This document shows, one piece after another, positions 8,614-19,429 of a DNA stretch of 64,000 bases. The translations under genes and the position numbers were made by a program. The stretch is from Sulfuricurvum sp. MLSB (GTDB lineage Bacteria; Campylobacterota; Campylobacteria; Campylobacterales; Sulfurimonadaceae). The stretch covers positions 1,758 through 65,757 of the forward strand of contig NZ_JQGL01000144.1 in assembly GCF_000747095.1 (NCBI RefSeq). Direction: 5' to 3'. The notes beneath the pieces are model-generated. The model searched no databases. It saw only the letters and a program-made list of their open reading frames with translations, and was not told the DNA's origin. Position 1 is the stretch's first letter; each line of letters begins with the position of its first letter.

Positions 8614-9137
8614 TGTATACCTTTATCAGTTTGGATGCTCACGCTGTCTTTTTTTACATGAAGTAATTTTACCCCATTGATGCTTTCGCCAACGTGCATA
8701 ATTTGATTGTTGATAATGGCCGTCTGCTGGTCGGGGAGTATCATCTGAACACTCCATTTCACAGCCGCCAGAGCCTTGAAATCCCCACCGCTTGCAGGAA
8801 GCAGCGGCGGCGGCAAAAGCGGCAATGACGATTCCGATGGAACAGACGGCGAGGAGGAGAGTGGCTCGGCAAACGGCACAAACAAACGTTCACTGATCCA
8901 AAACCGGTTTTCATTCCGAATTTGAATCTGCTTCAGAAGAGAAGCGTATTCATTTCGATGCTCGGTCAAATAGCGATACCGCTCCCCTTTTTCCTGCAGT
9001 ATTTTTGTCGATTGTTGTCGGGCCGGCTCAAAAAAATGCTCGAGGGATGCTATAAGCGAATCGCTGAACAGCCATACACCGCTTGCGACGACAAAAGGAG
9101 AAACAAGGAGTACAAACGATTTAGTGTCCAGATGCAT
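8592..9137 (-). CDS. Pilus assembly protein, MshK/PilP/GspC-like (single N-terminal TM, Pro/Ser linker, small C-terminal beta domain)
   Basis: TM segment FVLLVSPFVVASGVWLF and linker SSSPSVPSESSLPLLPPPLLP. The C-terminal AIINNQIMHVGESINGVKLLHVKKDSVSIQ resembles PilP/GspC HR-type domains. The call is supported mainly by position in the locus. Confidence 0.6.
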   Translation of the reverse strand: MHLDTKSFVLLVSPFVVASGVWLFSDSLIASLEHFFEPARQQSTKILQEKGERYRYLTEHRNEYASLLKQIQIRNENRFWISERLFVPFAEPLSSSPSVPSESSLPLLPPPLLPASGGDFKALAAVKWSVQMILPDQQTAIINNQIMHVGESINGVKLLHVKKDSVSIQTDKGIQWIKLFH

Positions 9138-9612
9138 TCGCTTCTCCCTGTATCGGCTGGATAATCGTCAGTATGCCGTGGATCGTTCCCTCTTCGATAT
9201 TGAACTCTTTAATCTGTATGAAGCCGCGATCATATCGAAGCGCTAAAAAACGGTCAATATCGTCTTGATTATTCGGGGTAAAGTCAAAACTGACATCCAT
9301 TTTGGCAGATGTATCGTAATAAATAAATTGAGAGACGCCGAAATTGTATCGTTGTGCATACTGATCGTAAAAACGGATCATATCAAGTTCGGCGTCGCGT
9401 TTAGTGAGCGGCATGGACGAAAAATAGGGAATGACCACATTCTTCAGCCATTTATTGGTGTCGTTCATGTTTTGCAGCTCGCGGATATGATCTCTGTAGA
9501 CTCCGGTAATCTGTTCCGCTTGAAGGCGCTTGGCCTCAAACCATTCGACGGAAGCCGATGACAATACGGCAATGACGAGCAAGACGAATGTTAAAAGCCA
9601 TCGCGTGATCAT
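9121..9612 (-). CDS. Pilus assembly protein, MshJ/PilO-like (bitopic)
   Basis: N-terminal TM WLLTFVLLVIAVLSS, a coiled-coil segment and a periplasmic alpha/beta region. It is sandwiched between PilMN-like and PilP-like genes with overlaps. Confidence 0.6.
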   Translation of the reverse strand: MITRWLLTFVLLVIAVLSSASVEWFEAKRLQAEQITGVYRDHIRELQNMNDTNKWLKNVVIPYFSSMPLTKRDAELDMIRFYDQYAQRYNFGVSQFIYYDTSAKMDVSFDFTPNNQDDIDRFLALRYDRGFIQIKEFNIEEGTIHGILTIIQPIQGEANASGH

Positions 9613-10982
9613 CGGGACACACCTTGAGCTTTTTCACCGATTTCAAGCGTCGATTCGAAGACAAGCGCGTTGTAATCTGTTTTATACAAAGAGGTGAACT
9701 GCGCATTTTTGATCGCACTGACTTCATGTTTGAATTTTTTTTCAAACAAATACAGATCCATCAGACTCTTGCTTTTATGTTTAAAATTCAATACAAGAAT
9801 CCCGCTGCCGTTATTTTCATTATACGTCAGAGTATTCGGTTTGAGCAGATTCAAGACATTTTCCAAAGGGAGCAGATCATCGATGAAATGCTCATGCAGC
9901 GGCGTCAGACTTTTGAGTTGTTCGGTTATCTCATCGAGCTGCCGTTCATTCAGCGTCTCGGTGTTCCGAAGTGTTTGCGACAGTCTGGATTCAGTAAGTT
10001 TGTATTGATCGAAACTCTCCTGATAGCCATGATAAGCACTCAATCCCTGAAACAGCGCATACAGCATAAAGACGAAAGCGACCCCTGCGGCAATAAGGCC
10101 CCCCGTATAAAATTCGTGAGCTGCTTTGACCCGATCCGGGAGAAAATTCATCGATTTTGGAAGGTAAAGACTCCCTATTTCAAGAATTGCATTTTGGGCA
10201 TTGTATTTGTCCAATCCCCGAACCATCAACGTCGGAGCTAAAACCGTCACGTTCAAGCGCGTCGCCATTTGGAGCTGGACGGTTGCCGCTTTTGCATCGG
10301 CAATCGTACCGGACAGAGCAATAAACTCAAAATTGACTTCACGAAACTGTTGATGGGCGTAGGCAACCGTTCTACTGATGTCACGGATTTGCTCCGCAAC
10401 CCGGTCGATTTCATTCTCAACGGCAATCACCCCTGTCCGGTAAAAAAGAAGCACTCCGTCGTCTACGGCGACAATAAGATTCTTTTGCTCGCTCGTATAC
10501 ACGCAAAGGTAGCTTCTGCCTTGAAATATCTGCTCAGAGAGGGCAAAAAGGGCGTAAGGCTCCGTGGTAATCTGTTGAAGGTATTCGAGGTTGGGTATGG
10601 CGGCAATAGCAGAAAGAACTTCGTGTTCATAGAGTCCTTCGTACCGATGGGTAGCACTCTCGCCCGTAGCATCCGTCGATGTACCCAGGCACTTCAAGAT
10701 AAGTTTGTCGTGGATGCCGCGTTCGTCCTGAATTCGTGCATTGAGCGCGCTTTCAATCGTCGCTTCGTTCGTGATCACCGAAGGCAGCGTCACCGATTCT
10801 TCAACGACATTATCGTTTGAAAAGAGGAAATAAATCTTTTTTTTCTTGGTTAAATAAAGAGCCAATTCACCGGGTTCGGCAAATTGTCTGGGCGGCTGAA
10901 ACGTGACTCCCCCCCGTTTTTCGTACACATCAAAAACCTGAATGAGATCATCAACGGGACGAACAACGGTCAGTCTATTCAC
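9609..10982 (-). CDS. Pilus assembly protein, MshI-like PilM-PilN fusion
   Basis: 457 aa with a ~290-aa cytoplasmic actin-like part, TM GGLIAAGVAFVFMLYALFQGL, a coiled coil and a periplasmic domain. GTG start with AAAGGAAC RBS 5 nt upstream. Confidence 0.65.
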   Translation of the reverse strand: MNRLTVVRPVDDLIQVFDVYEKRGGVTFQPPRQFAEPGELALYLTKKKKIYFLFSNDNVVEESVTLPSVITNEATIESALNARIQDERGIHDKLILKCLGTSTDATGESATHRYEGLYEHEVLSAIAAIPNLEYLQQITTEPYALFALSEQIFQGRSYLCVYTSEQKNLIVAVDDGVLLFYRTGVIAVENEIDRVAEQIRDISRTVAYAHQQFREVNFEFIALSGTIADAKAATVQLQMATRLNVTVLAPTLMVRGLDKYNAQNAILEIGSLYLPKSMNFLPDRVKAAHEFYTGGLIAAGVAFVFMLYALFQGLSAYHGYQESFDQYKLTESRLSQTLRNTETLNERQLDEITEQLKSLTPLHEHFIDDLLPLENVLNLLKPNTLTYNENNGSGILVLNFKHKSKSLMDLYLFEKKFKHEVSAIKNAQFTSLYKTDYNALVFESTLEIGEKAQGVSR

Positions 10983-11037
10983 ACGGTTCCTTTATAGGGT
11001 AGCACAGCATAGTTGTTTGTAGTTGTTTTGATCATTT

Positions 11038-11043
11038 ATTATA
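11038..11043 (-). promoter_or_regulatory. -10 box candidate (TATAAT) for the pilus assembly operon
   Basis: The minus strand reads TTATACGGTATAATAAATG about 55 nt upstream of the GTG start at 10982. Confidence 0.4.
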
Positions 11044-11184
11044 CCGTATAAGGGGAATGATTTCTACAAGTACACTCTATTACTGAAATATAAAAGTTAG
11101 CCAGAGAGTTTAATGCATTGTCAAAATATGATAGAAAACGATAATGGTTTTCCCCTGCGCTTAGGCAGAGGAAGAGAATGGAGA

Positions 11185-12774
11185 TTAAATACGTGCGTAC
11201 GAAACGCTGATGCAGGCATTGAGTGCAGAAAGCTCTTTGAGGGTTTTGTCGTTGACGGCGGAGTCAACGATGATGACCGCCAACGCTTCGCCGCTTTTGT
11301 TGCGCCCGAGGCGGAAGTCGGCGATGTTGACATTGTGTGCGCCGAGCAAGGTTCCCACTTGGCCGATAACCCCAGGAACATCGGTGTTTTTGAAGAGGAT
11401 CATGTTCCCGGTCGGTTCGACGTCGACGCCGAAACCGTTGATATCGACGATACGTTGTACGTCGTCATTGAACATCGTCGCGCTGATCTCGATCGCTTCT
11501 TTGTCCGTTGTAATTTTAACGGTGACAAGGTTTTTATACACCGGGCTTTCGGCAAGTTCTTCGGTCTCGATTTTGATACCGCGTTCTTTGGCGATAAAAT
11601 CGGCATTGACGTAATTGATCGTTTCGCCCGACGTTTCGGCCAATGCACCGACGGTGACGAAAGTAGCCAAAGACGAACGGTATTCGGCGATTTCGCCGCG
11701 GCCGCTGACTTTGATCGATACGATCGGCGCTTTGTTCATTTGTGATGCGAGGAAACCGATTTTTTGAACCATTTCAAGGAACGGTTTGACAAAAGACGGG
11801 ATTTTGGTCTCGTCGATCGGCAGGTTCAGAGCGTGCGGGTAAGCAATCCCTTTGGCCGCTTCAATCGCGTGCTGCGCCGCTTCGACGGCAATATTGTACT
11901 GTGATTCGAACGTATTGGCACCGAGGTGCGGAGAAACACAGATGTTGTCCAGATCAAGCAGTTTGTGATCCGTTGCCGGCTCTTTGTTGAACACGTCGAT
12001 CCCTGCGAAACGGATTTTCCCCGATTTGAGACCGTCGTAGAGGGCGTCTTCGTCGTACAGTCCGCCGCGTGCGCAGTTGATAAGAACGACGCCGTCTTTC
12101 ATTTTGGCGATTTCGTCCGCACCGATCATTCCGACGGTCTCTTTGTTTTTAGGCGTGTGGATCGTAATAATGTCGCAGCTGAGAATATCTTCGAAATTCG
12201 TCGTATATTTGACTCCGACATCGGTCGCTTTGGACGGGTGGATATACGGATCATATGCGATGACGTCCATTTCGAACGCTTTGGAGCGAATACCGACGCG
12301 GCTACCGATGTTACCGAAACCGATAACTCCGAGTTTTTTCCCTTTCAGCTCATACCCGTACCATTTTTCGCGTTTCCAGATACGCTGATTTTTGAGGTGG
12401 TCGTGAGAGTACGGAAACATACGCATGCATGAGAGCATGTGCGTCATTGTAAGCTCCACCGCAGCAATCGTGTTGGCGGTAGGGACATTCATGACGATAA
12501 TCCCTTCTTTGGAACATCCCGGAATATCGACATTATCGACTCCTACGCCGGCACGGACAACTGCTTTGAGTTTCCCTTTCACGGCGTTAATAAATTTGTC
12601 GTCAACATCGGTAGAGCTACGCGTAATAGCTACATCGGCATCTTTAATAACGTCCAACAAGGCCGTTTTATCCATGTCGGCAGCGAAAATCATTTCGACC
12701 TGATCGTCGCGGCGAAGAATATTCAGCCCTTCTTCATGGATATGGTCACATACGACAATTTTATATTTTTCCAT
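11185..12774 (-). CDS. serA: D-3-phosphoglycerate dehydrogenase (long form with ACT domain)
   Basis: 529 aa with NAD-binding GVIGFGNIGSRVG, catalytic region and a C-terminal ACT-like VPGVIGQVGTLLGAHNVNIADFRLGR. Confidence 0.93.
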   Translation of the reverse strand: MEKYKIVVCDHIHEEGLNILRRDDQVEMIFAADMDKTALLDVIKDADVAITRSSTDVDDKFINAVKGKLKAVVRAGVGVDNVDIPGCSKEGIIVMNVPTANTIAAVELTMTHMLSCMRMFPYSHDHLKNQRIWKREKWYGYELKGKKLGVIGFGNIGSRVGIRSKAFEMDVIAYDPYIHPSKATDVGVKYTTNFEDILSCDIITIHTPKNKETVGMIGADEIAKMKDGVVLINCARGGLYDEDALYDGLKSGKIRFAGIDVFNKEPATDHKLLDLDNICVSPHLGANTFESQYNIAVEAAQHAIEAAKGIAYPHALNLPIDETKIPSFVKPFLEMVQKIGFLASQMNKAPIVSIKVSGRGEIAEYRSSLATFVTVGALAETSGETINYVNADFIAKERGIKIETEELAESPVYKNLVTVKITTDKEAIEISATMFNDDVQRIVDINGFGVDVEPTGNMILFKNTDVPGVIGQVGTLLGAHNVNIADFRLGRNKSGEALAVIIVDSAVNDKTLKELSALNACISVSYARI

Positions 12775-13256
12775 TACTTTTCCTCTGTATAAGGCGACAG
12801 CGTCGCCGTGATTTGGTAGGTTTTTAGTTTTGTTACAAGAGATGCGAGTGTGTTCTGGTCGTTCGAATCGACCAAGAGGGTCATCGCGTCACCCTCTCTT
12901 TGGAGAAAATAGGGAAGCGCTTTGTTATGAAGCTCCTGCTTGACGCAAAACAGCTCATATGAATCTTTAAGCGGTACCGTAAGACGGTAATTTGGAACCG
13001 AAGGAGTTTCTCCGGCATCAAGTACCAAATGCACTTCGTTCACCGGATAAAAATATCCTTTCTCCTTACTTTGGGAGAAACGTTCCAGCCAGCTTGATTC
13101 TTCTGCTCCGGCATTGCCGAAGGATACATCTTTCCCTTCCGCCGAAAAACGTTCCGATAAAGGAACGGACGGATTGATTTGAACCATAAAAATGACAATA
13201 AACGCGGCTACCGCTGCTGCTATTAGAGGAAACAGCCAGTAGGTAAACCGTCGCAT
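12774..13256 (-). CDS. Hypothetical membrane-anchored protein
   Basis: N-terminal TM WLFPLIAAAVAAFIVIFMV. The start of serA overlaps its stop by 1 nt. No motif recognised with confidence. Confidence 0.6.
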   Translation of the reverse strand: MRRFTYWLFPLIAAAVAAFIVIFMVQINPSVPLSERFSAEGKDVSFGNAGAEESSWLERFSQSKEKGYFYPVNEVHLVLDAGETPSVPNYRLTVPLKDSYELFCVKQELHNKALPYFLQREGDAMTLLVDSNDQNTLASLVTKLKTYQITATLSPYTEEK

Positions 13257-13261
13257 CGTAC

Positions 13262-14917
13262 TTATTTCAATTGGTCTTTGATCAAGTCACCAAGACTGTT
13301 CGACTCGTCATCGTTGATTTCGTTGAGCATTTCCTGGTCTTTGATACGCTCAAGTTTTTTGACCGAAAGACGGATACGATCGCGTTTTGCATCGATTACC
13401 AAAATCGCCGCTTCGATGGTTTGACCGATTTGAAGCTCTTCGGGATTAAGCGGATAGAGGTCTTCGTTACGGATCAACGCATCTACTCCGCCTTCGAGAG
13501 AAACGAATACGCCGAAATCTTTGACATCACGGACCGTTGCGTTGACGACGTCGTTCATTTTGTGTTTCATGGCAAACTGATCGATCGGGCTCTCTTCAAG
13601 CGATTTACGGTTCAAAGAGATTTTTTCGTCTTCGGCATTGATTTTCGCGATTTTGACTTCGATCTCGTCACCGATTTTCAACGTCTCTTTGCATTTGACG
13701 TTTTTATCCCATGAAAGATCTTGATTGTGCAGAAGTCCTTCGACTCCTCCCACTTTGACAAACGCACCAAAGTCGGTCAATGACGTAACAGTCCCTTTGA
13801 CGACGTCGCCTTCTTTGCATTTTTTCATGAACTCTTCAAACGGTTTAGGCTGAAGGCGTTTGTACGAAACGCGCAATTTATGCGTTTTCGAGTTGATTTC
13901 GATAACCTCTACGTCGATTTCCTGACCGAGAGTCAAATAATCTTTCGGGTGTTTGATGTTTTTATCCCACGTGATTTCGGAGATATGCAAGAACCCTTCG
14001 ATGTCGTTTCCTAGGTCAACGAACACACCGTACGGCTCGATATTGCTGACGGTAACGGTAATGGTATCGCCCTCATCCAGCGCTTCTTCGACTTCTTTCC
14101 ACGGATCAGGCTGAACCGCTTTGATCGACAATGAAAGGTGGCGTTTGTCTTTATCGTACGCAATCGCTTTAACCGTTACTTCATCACCCTCTTTATAAAG
14201 TTTTGAAGGGTTAACCGGTCCTTTGTAGCTGATCTCGTTGTAATGAACCAGCCCGTCGATCCCGCCGACATCGACGAACATCCCGTAACTGGTGATCTTT
14301 TTGACGGTCCCCTGGATGATTTTGCCCTCTTCCATCAATGCGTCAATCACTTCTTTTTTGCGTTTGCGCTCATCGTTGAACAGTTTGCGGCGTGAAACGA
14401 CGATTGACGCTTCTGCAGGATCGATTTTGACGACCTGTGCTTTGACCATTTTGCCGATGACGTTATCCGTCTCTTTAAACGCCGCCAATGAACGAGGAAG
14501 GAAGAAATGGACATCGTCCGCTTCAAGAAGATATCCCCCCTTATTTTTCTTGGTCACGATTGCATCGACGATGACCGATTCGAAATCTTCTTTGTGCGCA
14601 TTGATGAATGCAAGAGTTTTCTCTTGTTCAAGCACTTTTTTATACGAAATTTTCGGACGCTCGTTGTAGTGTCCTGTAATCATTACCGTAATTTTTTCAC
14701 CGACGTTGAAAAGAAGTTTTCCTTCTGTATCGCGGATCTCGTCCAATGAAAGAATCCCTTCGAGTTTTTCGCCGACGCCTACCAACGCGCGGTTGTCACT
14801 CTCCTGGATTTCTACAATTTCACCTTCTGTGATGCGAGTCGATTCTTGCTCTTTGAAAGACGCCTCTAACATCTCGGCAAAATTTTCTTCTTCGAATGCT
14901 TCGTTATCGAAAGCCAT
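13262..14917 (-). CDS. rpsA: 30S ribosomal protein S1
   Basis: 551 aa of repeated S1 (OB-fold) modules of the form G.V..I...G.FV.L. Confidence 0.95.
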   Translation of the reverse strand: MAFDNEAFEEENFAEMLEASFKEQESTRITEGEIVEIQESDNRALVGVGEKLEGILSLDEIRDTEGKLLFNVGEKITVMITGHYNERPKISYKKVLEQEKTLAFINAHKEDFESVIVDAIVTKKNKGGYLLEADDVHFFLPRSLAAFKETDNVIGKMVKAQVVKIDPAEASIVVSRRKLFNDERKRKKEVIDALMEEGKIIQGTVKKITSYGMFVDVGGIDGLVHYNEISYKGPVNPSKLYKEGDEVTVKAIAYDKDKRHLSLSIKAVQPDPWKEVEEALDEGDTITVTVSNIEPYGVFVDLGNDIEGFLHISEITWDKNIKHPKDYLTLGQEIDVEVIEINSKTHKLRVSYKRLQPKPFEEFMKKCKEGDVVKGTVTSLTDFGAFVKVGGVEGLLHNQDLSWDKNVKCKETLKIGDEIEVKIAKINAEDEKISLNRKSLEESPIDQFAMKHKMNDVVNATVRDVKDFGVFVSLEGGVDALIRNEDLYPLNPEELQIGQTIEAAILVIDAKRDRIRLSVKKLERIKDQEMLNEINDDESNSLGDLIKDQLK

Positions 14918-14997
14918 ACCTAATCCCTTGTAACTAAAAATTGGCTGATTATAGCGAAAAAATGCTTGGATTGAGTTTAGAGAAAGAAGCTGAAAGG

Positions 14998-15831
14998 CTA
15001 GGCATTTGCCAGAAGATTGATTTTTTTGACAACGTCGTCAATGATCCAGTCGGGAGTTGACGCTCCGGCACTGATGCCGCAAAGCTCTTTTCCCGCGAAC
15101 CAATCGCTTTGAAGATCGTCTTGGCTTTCGATGTGGTAACTGTCGGGGCAGAACTCTTTGGCAATAGCATGAAGCTGCTTGGTATTGGAAGAATTTTTTC
15201 CCCCGATGACGATCATCACATCCGCTTTTTTGGCCAGTTTTCGTACCGCATCCTGATTGTCGAACGTTGCATTGCAGATCGTATTAAAAACACGTACCTC
15301 TTTATGCGTAGCCATCAGTTTTCCGACAATTAGCTGGTAATCTTCGATTTTCCGGGTTGTCTGCGCGACGACCGCCACTTTTTCGCGCAATCGGAGAGCA
15401 TCGATTTCATCGGGGCTGTTGACGACAAAAACGTTACCGACGGCGTAACTTTTAACCCCTTTGATCTCCGGATGCGTTTCATCGCCGAAAATGACGATAT
15501 CGTACCCCTGCGCGCTCATCTCTTCGCAAATCTGCTGAGGCTTGGTAACGTAAGGACACGTGGCATCGACCACGTTGACATTGCGTTCGTTGAGCACTGT
15601 CAGTTCCTGCTTCGGGATGCCGTGCGTACGAATAACGGCGGTATCCCCCGCTCTAAACGTATCAAGATTTTCACTCAAAGCGACATTGAAATCGTTTTTC
15701 AGACGATCAATCTCGTTGGCATTATGGATCAGCGGTCCGTAGGTGGCCGAATTGCGGTTATCTTCGGCGATTTTGATCGCCCGTTTCACTCCGAAACAAA
15801 ATCCGTAACTCTCGGCCAGTTCTATTTTCAT
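14998..15831 (-). CDS. ispH: 4-hydroxy-3-methylbut-2-enyl diphosphate reductase
   Basis: [19 protein letters not shown], with the conserved Cys-containing motifs of IspH/LytB. Confidence 0.93.
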   Translation of the reverse strand: MKIELAESYGFCFGVKRAIKIAEDNRNSATYGPLIHNANEIDRLKNDFNVALSENLDTFRAGDTAVIRTHGIPKQELTVLNERNVNVVDATCPYVTKPQQICEEMSAQGYDIVIFGDETHPEIKGVKSYAVGNVFVVNSPDEIDALRLREKVAVVAQTTRKIEDYQLIVGKLMATHKEVRVFNTICNATFDNQDAVRKLAKKADVMIVIGGKNSSNTKQLHAIAKEFCPDSYHIESQDDLQSDWFAGKELCGISAGASTPDWIIDDVVKKINLLANA

Positions 15832-17105
15832 CGTTCACATTTCCCGCATTGGCTTAACAGTTCAAAAAAATTGGGAAACGAGGTATTGATGCAGTCAACA
15901 TCTTCGACCTCCATCCCGCATTTCAGCCCGGCAATCAAAAAACTCATCGCGATACGGTGGTCTCCGTAGCTGTTGACGACAGCGCCTGCAAGTTTTCCGC
16001 CGATGACGGCGTAACCGTCGGGATACTCTTCGGTTGCGATGCCGCAGAGGTTGAGATTGTCGACGACCGTTTTGATCCGATCGGATTCTTTGACCCGCAG
16101 TTCTTCAGCGTTTTTGACAACGCTTTTCCCCTCGGCACAGGCCATGGCGATGGAAAGAGCGGGAAGCTCGTCGATCAGCCAGGCGATGTTCTCTTCGACC
16201 GTGACCGCTTTGAGCGGCGCGTATTCGACGCGGATATTTCCGATCGGCTCATAGCGCTCGTCCGTCAAATCGTAACTGATCTTGGCACCCATTTTTTCCA
16301 GCACTTTAAACGCTTCGATACGGGTCGGATTGAGTGTCACCCCCTCGATCAGCGCGCTTGATCCCGGGATAATCGCCGCAGAAACCGCAAAGAAAAAAGC
16401 GCTCGAAGGATCTGCCGGAACGCGGATATCAAGCGGACTTAGAGGTTTTTCGAGAGGCCATATCTTCGTCTCAAGACCGTTAATCTCGATGCGTGCTCCC
16501 ATTCCCCGAAGCATCCGCTCGGTGTGGTCGCGGCTAAGTTCGCTCTCGCGGAACGTACATACGCCGTCCGATCTCAGAGCCGCCAGCATCATCGCACTTT
16601 TCACCTGTGCGGATGCAACAGAAGAAACATAATCAAATGCTTTAAGCGACGCCCCCCGGATCGAGAGAGGGGCGAGATCGCCGTTATTACGCCCGTCAAG
16701 TTTCGCACCGATAGAGCGCAGCGGCTGTGTCACCCGTTTCATCGGGCGACGCTTGAGATATTCGTCTCCCGTCAAGACAAAATGCCCCTCGGCAGATGAC
16801 AAAAGACCGCAAAAAAGTCGCATTCCCGTCCCGGAGTTACCGCAATCAAGGATTTCAGAAGTCTCTTTGATCCCGTTTGACCGGACACGGATAATTGATC
16901 CGTCATCGTGGATTTCAGCTCCAAGATGACCGACGATTTTGAGCGTATTGAGGGTATCCTCGGCCCGCAAAAAATTGTCGATCCGGCTTTCTCCCTCGGC
17001 TAAAACGGCAAACATCGCACACCGGTGAGAAATTGATTTGTCAGGAGCAATCGCATTGCTGGAAAAAGCAAAGGATCGAGCGGGATAGACTTTTGCTTTT
17101 GTCAT
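15828..17105 (-). CDS. aroA: 3-phosphoshikimate 1-carboxyvinyltransferase
   Basis: 425 aa with [20 protein letters not shown] and GDHRIAMSF motifs. Confidence 0.95.
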   Translation of the reverse strand: MTKAKVYPARSFAFSSNAIAPDKSISHRCAMFAVLAEGESRIDNFLRAEDTLNTLKIVGHLGAEIHDDGSIIRVRSNGIKETSEILDCGNSGTGMRLFCGLLSSAEGHFVLTGDEYLKRRPMKRVTQPLRSIGAKLDGRNNGDLAPLSIRGASLKAFDYVSSVASAQVKSAMMLAALRSDGVCTFRESELSRDHTERMLRGMGARIEINGLETKIWPLEKPLSPLDIRVPADPSSAFFFAVSAAIIPGSSALIEGVTLNPTRIEAFKVLEKMGAKISYDLTDERYEPIGNIRVEYAPLKAVTVEENIAWLIDELPALSIAMACAEGKSVVKNAEELRVKESDRIKTVVDNLNLCGIATEEYPDGYAVIGGKLAGAVVNSYGDHRIAMSFLIAGLKCGMEVEDVDCINTSFPNFFELLSQCGKCER

Positions 17106-19429
17106 CGCAAACTTACTCCGAGTTCTTCATTCAGGCCGTTCAGAACCCATTCCATCGCGGCGGTAATATCCTCTTCTTCGAGGGTTTTTTCGTCCGACTG
17201 GAGCACGAAGCGCAGCGTCAAACTCATTTGATCGCCCAGAGCTTCAGAGACATAGCGGTCTACAGGGTAAAATCGGCGCACCTGTTGGGATGCATGTTTC
17301 TCGATCACCGATTTGATTGTCTCATACGATATGCTTTTCGAAACAAGCAAACTCAAATCACGGGAAGATGCCTGATATTTCGAATACGGCTGTGCCTGTA
17401 CCAAGCCATACGGAAGACTATCGGTGTTCAGCTCGCACACAAACGTTTGAGCAAGGTCAAACTCTTGTTCGATATTCGGATGGATACGGAATAATTCTCC
17501 CGCTTCCCGGCCATCGATCATCACCTTTGCGCACATATAAGGATGCGCCAGAGCATGCGTCGGCGTATGCGGCAGAAGTTCAAACGAACCCGCCACATTT
17601 GAAATCAACTGGACGAATGAAGCAAAATCCGTATTTGAGGGTTTGCCTGCATTAGAGACTTTTTCTCCTTCCATGGCTCCCGAAACGATAAAACCGAGGC
17701 GCTTGGATTCGTTGCGCCGCGGGTCAAAAACCATCCCTGTTTCAAACAACGCGATTTTTTTCTGATTTACTTTCACGTTTGCCGATGCCGAGTTCAAAAG
17801 TCCGAGCAACAATGTCGGACGAAGAGTATCGAACGTTGCCGTAATCGGATTGAGCAGCTCTTTATCCTCTTCCGTACAGACAAAGCCGTATTTTTCAAGT
17901 TGAGCCCGCTCGTTGAATACAAAATGAACGGACTCATAAAAACCGCTTTGAGCGGCACGGTGACGATACATTCGTGTTTTACGGTATTCGTTCAGATCCT
18001 CTCCCATGCGGTTCGCTTCAGAAAAATGAAGCGGTTTGGACGGGATATTGTCGATACCCACCATGCGGACGATCTCTTCGACAATGTCTTGTTTGTTAAT
18101 GATGTCATGACGAAACTGCGGGATTGAAATGGCAAACGTCGATCCCTTTGGTTTTCCGATCTGCATTCCCAGATTTTTGAAAATCTGGGTAATCGTCGTT
18201 TTGTCTACGTTCATGCCGATAAACGCTGAGATTTCTTCCTCGCTCATGCTGACGATACGCGGTTCGTAGCTTGAAAGCAGCTCGATATTTCCGCCGTACA
18301 CCTGCGAAGACGAAAACTTCTCAAGCAAACTCATCGCATAGCCGATCCCCATATCGATTTTCGGTTCGCTTCCCCGAGACGTGCGATAGTAATGAGGACA
18401 GCTCGGAACTTTTTTCTCACCCATTTTTTTGGAAACGATATCGGGAGCAATGTAACTGGCTTCGATAATCGCCAGTCCTTCATTCTGCGTGAAATGGGCC
18501 TCTTTTTCCTGAGAGACACCGATAACGGAGACTTTTTCTTTCCCGTACAGCGCCGCATAGCCGTTTTCATCGGTATCAAGCGTAATCATCCCTTTGGATT
18601 CCTGATCGCCGAATTTTTCAAACGGATAGGCGCGTAAAATAACGCCGGTGCTGTGCGTCGCATAAAGCAATACCGCATCGACCGCGGTTGCATACGCCCC
18701 CTCGATCAAAGCCAACCGAAGCGTCAATAAAAACGGAACGGGGAAATCTTTGACATCTACCGCACCGAAAAGTAGATCTGCTTCAAACGTTTCGTTGTGA
18801 TGCAGCTGCAAAATACGCCCGATTCCCAAACGATCCTGATTTTCGTTTTTTGCACACTCGCGCAACGGGCGGTTCAATGCCGCGCGAAGATCACGGGCAA
18901 TACCGCGGATGCTGAGACAATCGCCGCGGTTAGCGGTCAATTCGATCTCGATCAAATCATCATTGAACAGAGGATATTCATTAAGGTTTTTGCCCAATTC
19001 CAATTCCCCGATGCTCGCATCAAGGATCATGATCCCCTCACCCGTTGAGGGCAGTCCCACCTCTTTGCTTGAACAAATCATCCCTTCCGAGGCAACGCCG
19101 CGAAGTTTGGCTGCTTTGATTTTCAGGCCGCCGGGAAGTTCCGCGCCGACCGTTGCCAAAGCGATATGGATTCCGGCCCGTACATTGGACGCGCCGCAAA
19201 CGATTTGGCGGATACCCGAACCGATGTTAACCTGGCATACGCTTAGTTTGTCCGCATCGGGATGGCGTTCGCATGTTTCGACGTAGCCGATTACAACACC
19301 GTTAGGAACGAAAAGAACCTCATGACGGTCTACTTCAAGCCCGATGGAGTTGAATGTTTTCAGCAGCTGATCGGTCGTTACGCCTCCCAGATCAATCCAT
19401 TCGTTTAACCAATTTTTTGTAACGATCAT
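17102..19429 (-). CDS. pheT: Phenylalanine--tRNA ligase beta subunit
   Basis: 775 aa with an N-terminal tRNA-binding domain ([12 protein letters not shown]), plus B3/4 and B5 regions. Confidence 0.95.
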   Translation of the reverse strand: MIVTKNWLNEWIDLGGVTTDQLLKTFNSIGLEVDRHEVLFVPNGVVIGYVETCERHPDADKLSVCQVNIGSGIRQIVCGASNVRAGIHIALATVGAELPGGLKIKAAKLRGVASEGMICSSKEVGLPSTGEGIMILDASIGELELGKNLNEYPLFNDDLIEIELTANRGDCLSIRGIARDLRAALNRPLRECAKNENQDRLGIGRILQLHHNETFEADLLFGAVDVKDFPVPFLLTLRLALIEGAYATAVDAVLLYATHSTGVILRAYPFEKFGDQESKGMITLDTDENGYAALYGKEKVSVIGVSQEKEAHFTQNEGLAIIEASYIAPDIVSKKMGEKKVPSCPHYYRTSRGSEPKIDMGIGYAMSLLEKFSSSQVYGGNIELLSSYEPRIVSMSEEEISAFIGMNVDKTTITQIFKNLGMQIGKPKGSTFAISIPQFRHDIINKQDIVEEIVRMVGIDNIPSKPLHFSEANRMGEDLNEYRKTRMYRHRAAQSGFYESVHFVFNERAQLEKYGFVCTEEDKELLNPITATFDTLRPTLLLGLLNSASANVKVNQKKIALFETGMVFDPRRNESKRLGFIVSGAMEGEKVSNAGKPSNTDFASFVQLISNVAGSFELLPHTPTHALAHPYMCAKVMIDGREAGELFRIHPNIEQEFDLAQTFVCELNTDSLPYGLVQAQPYSKYQASSRDLSLLVSKSISYETIKSVIEKHASQQVRRFYPVDRYVSEALGDQMSLTLRFVLQSDEKTLEEEDITAAMEWVLNGLNEELGVSLR

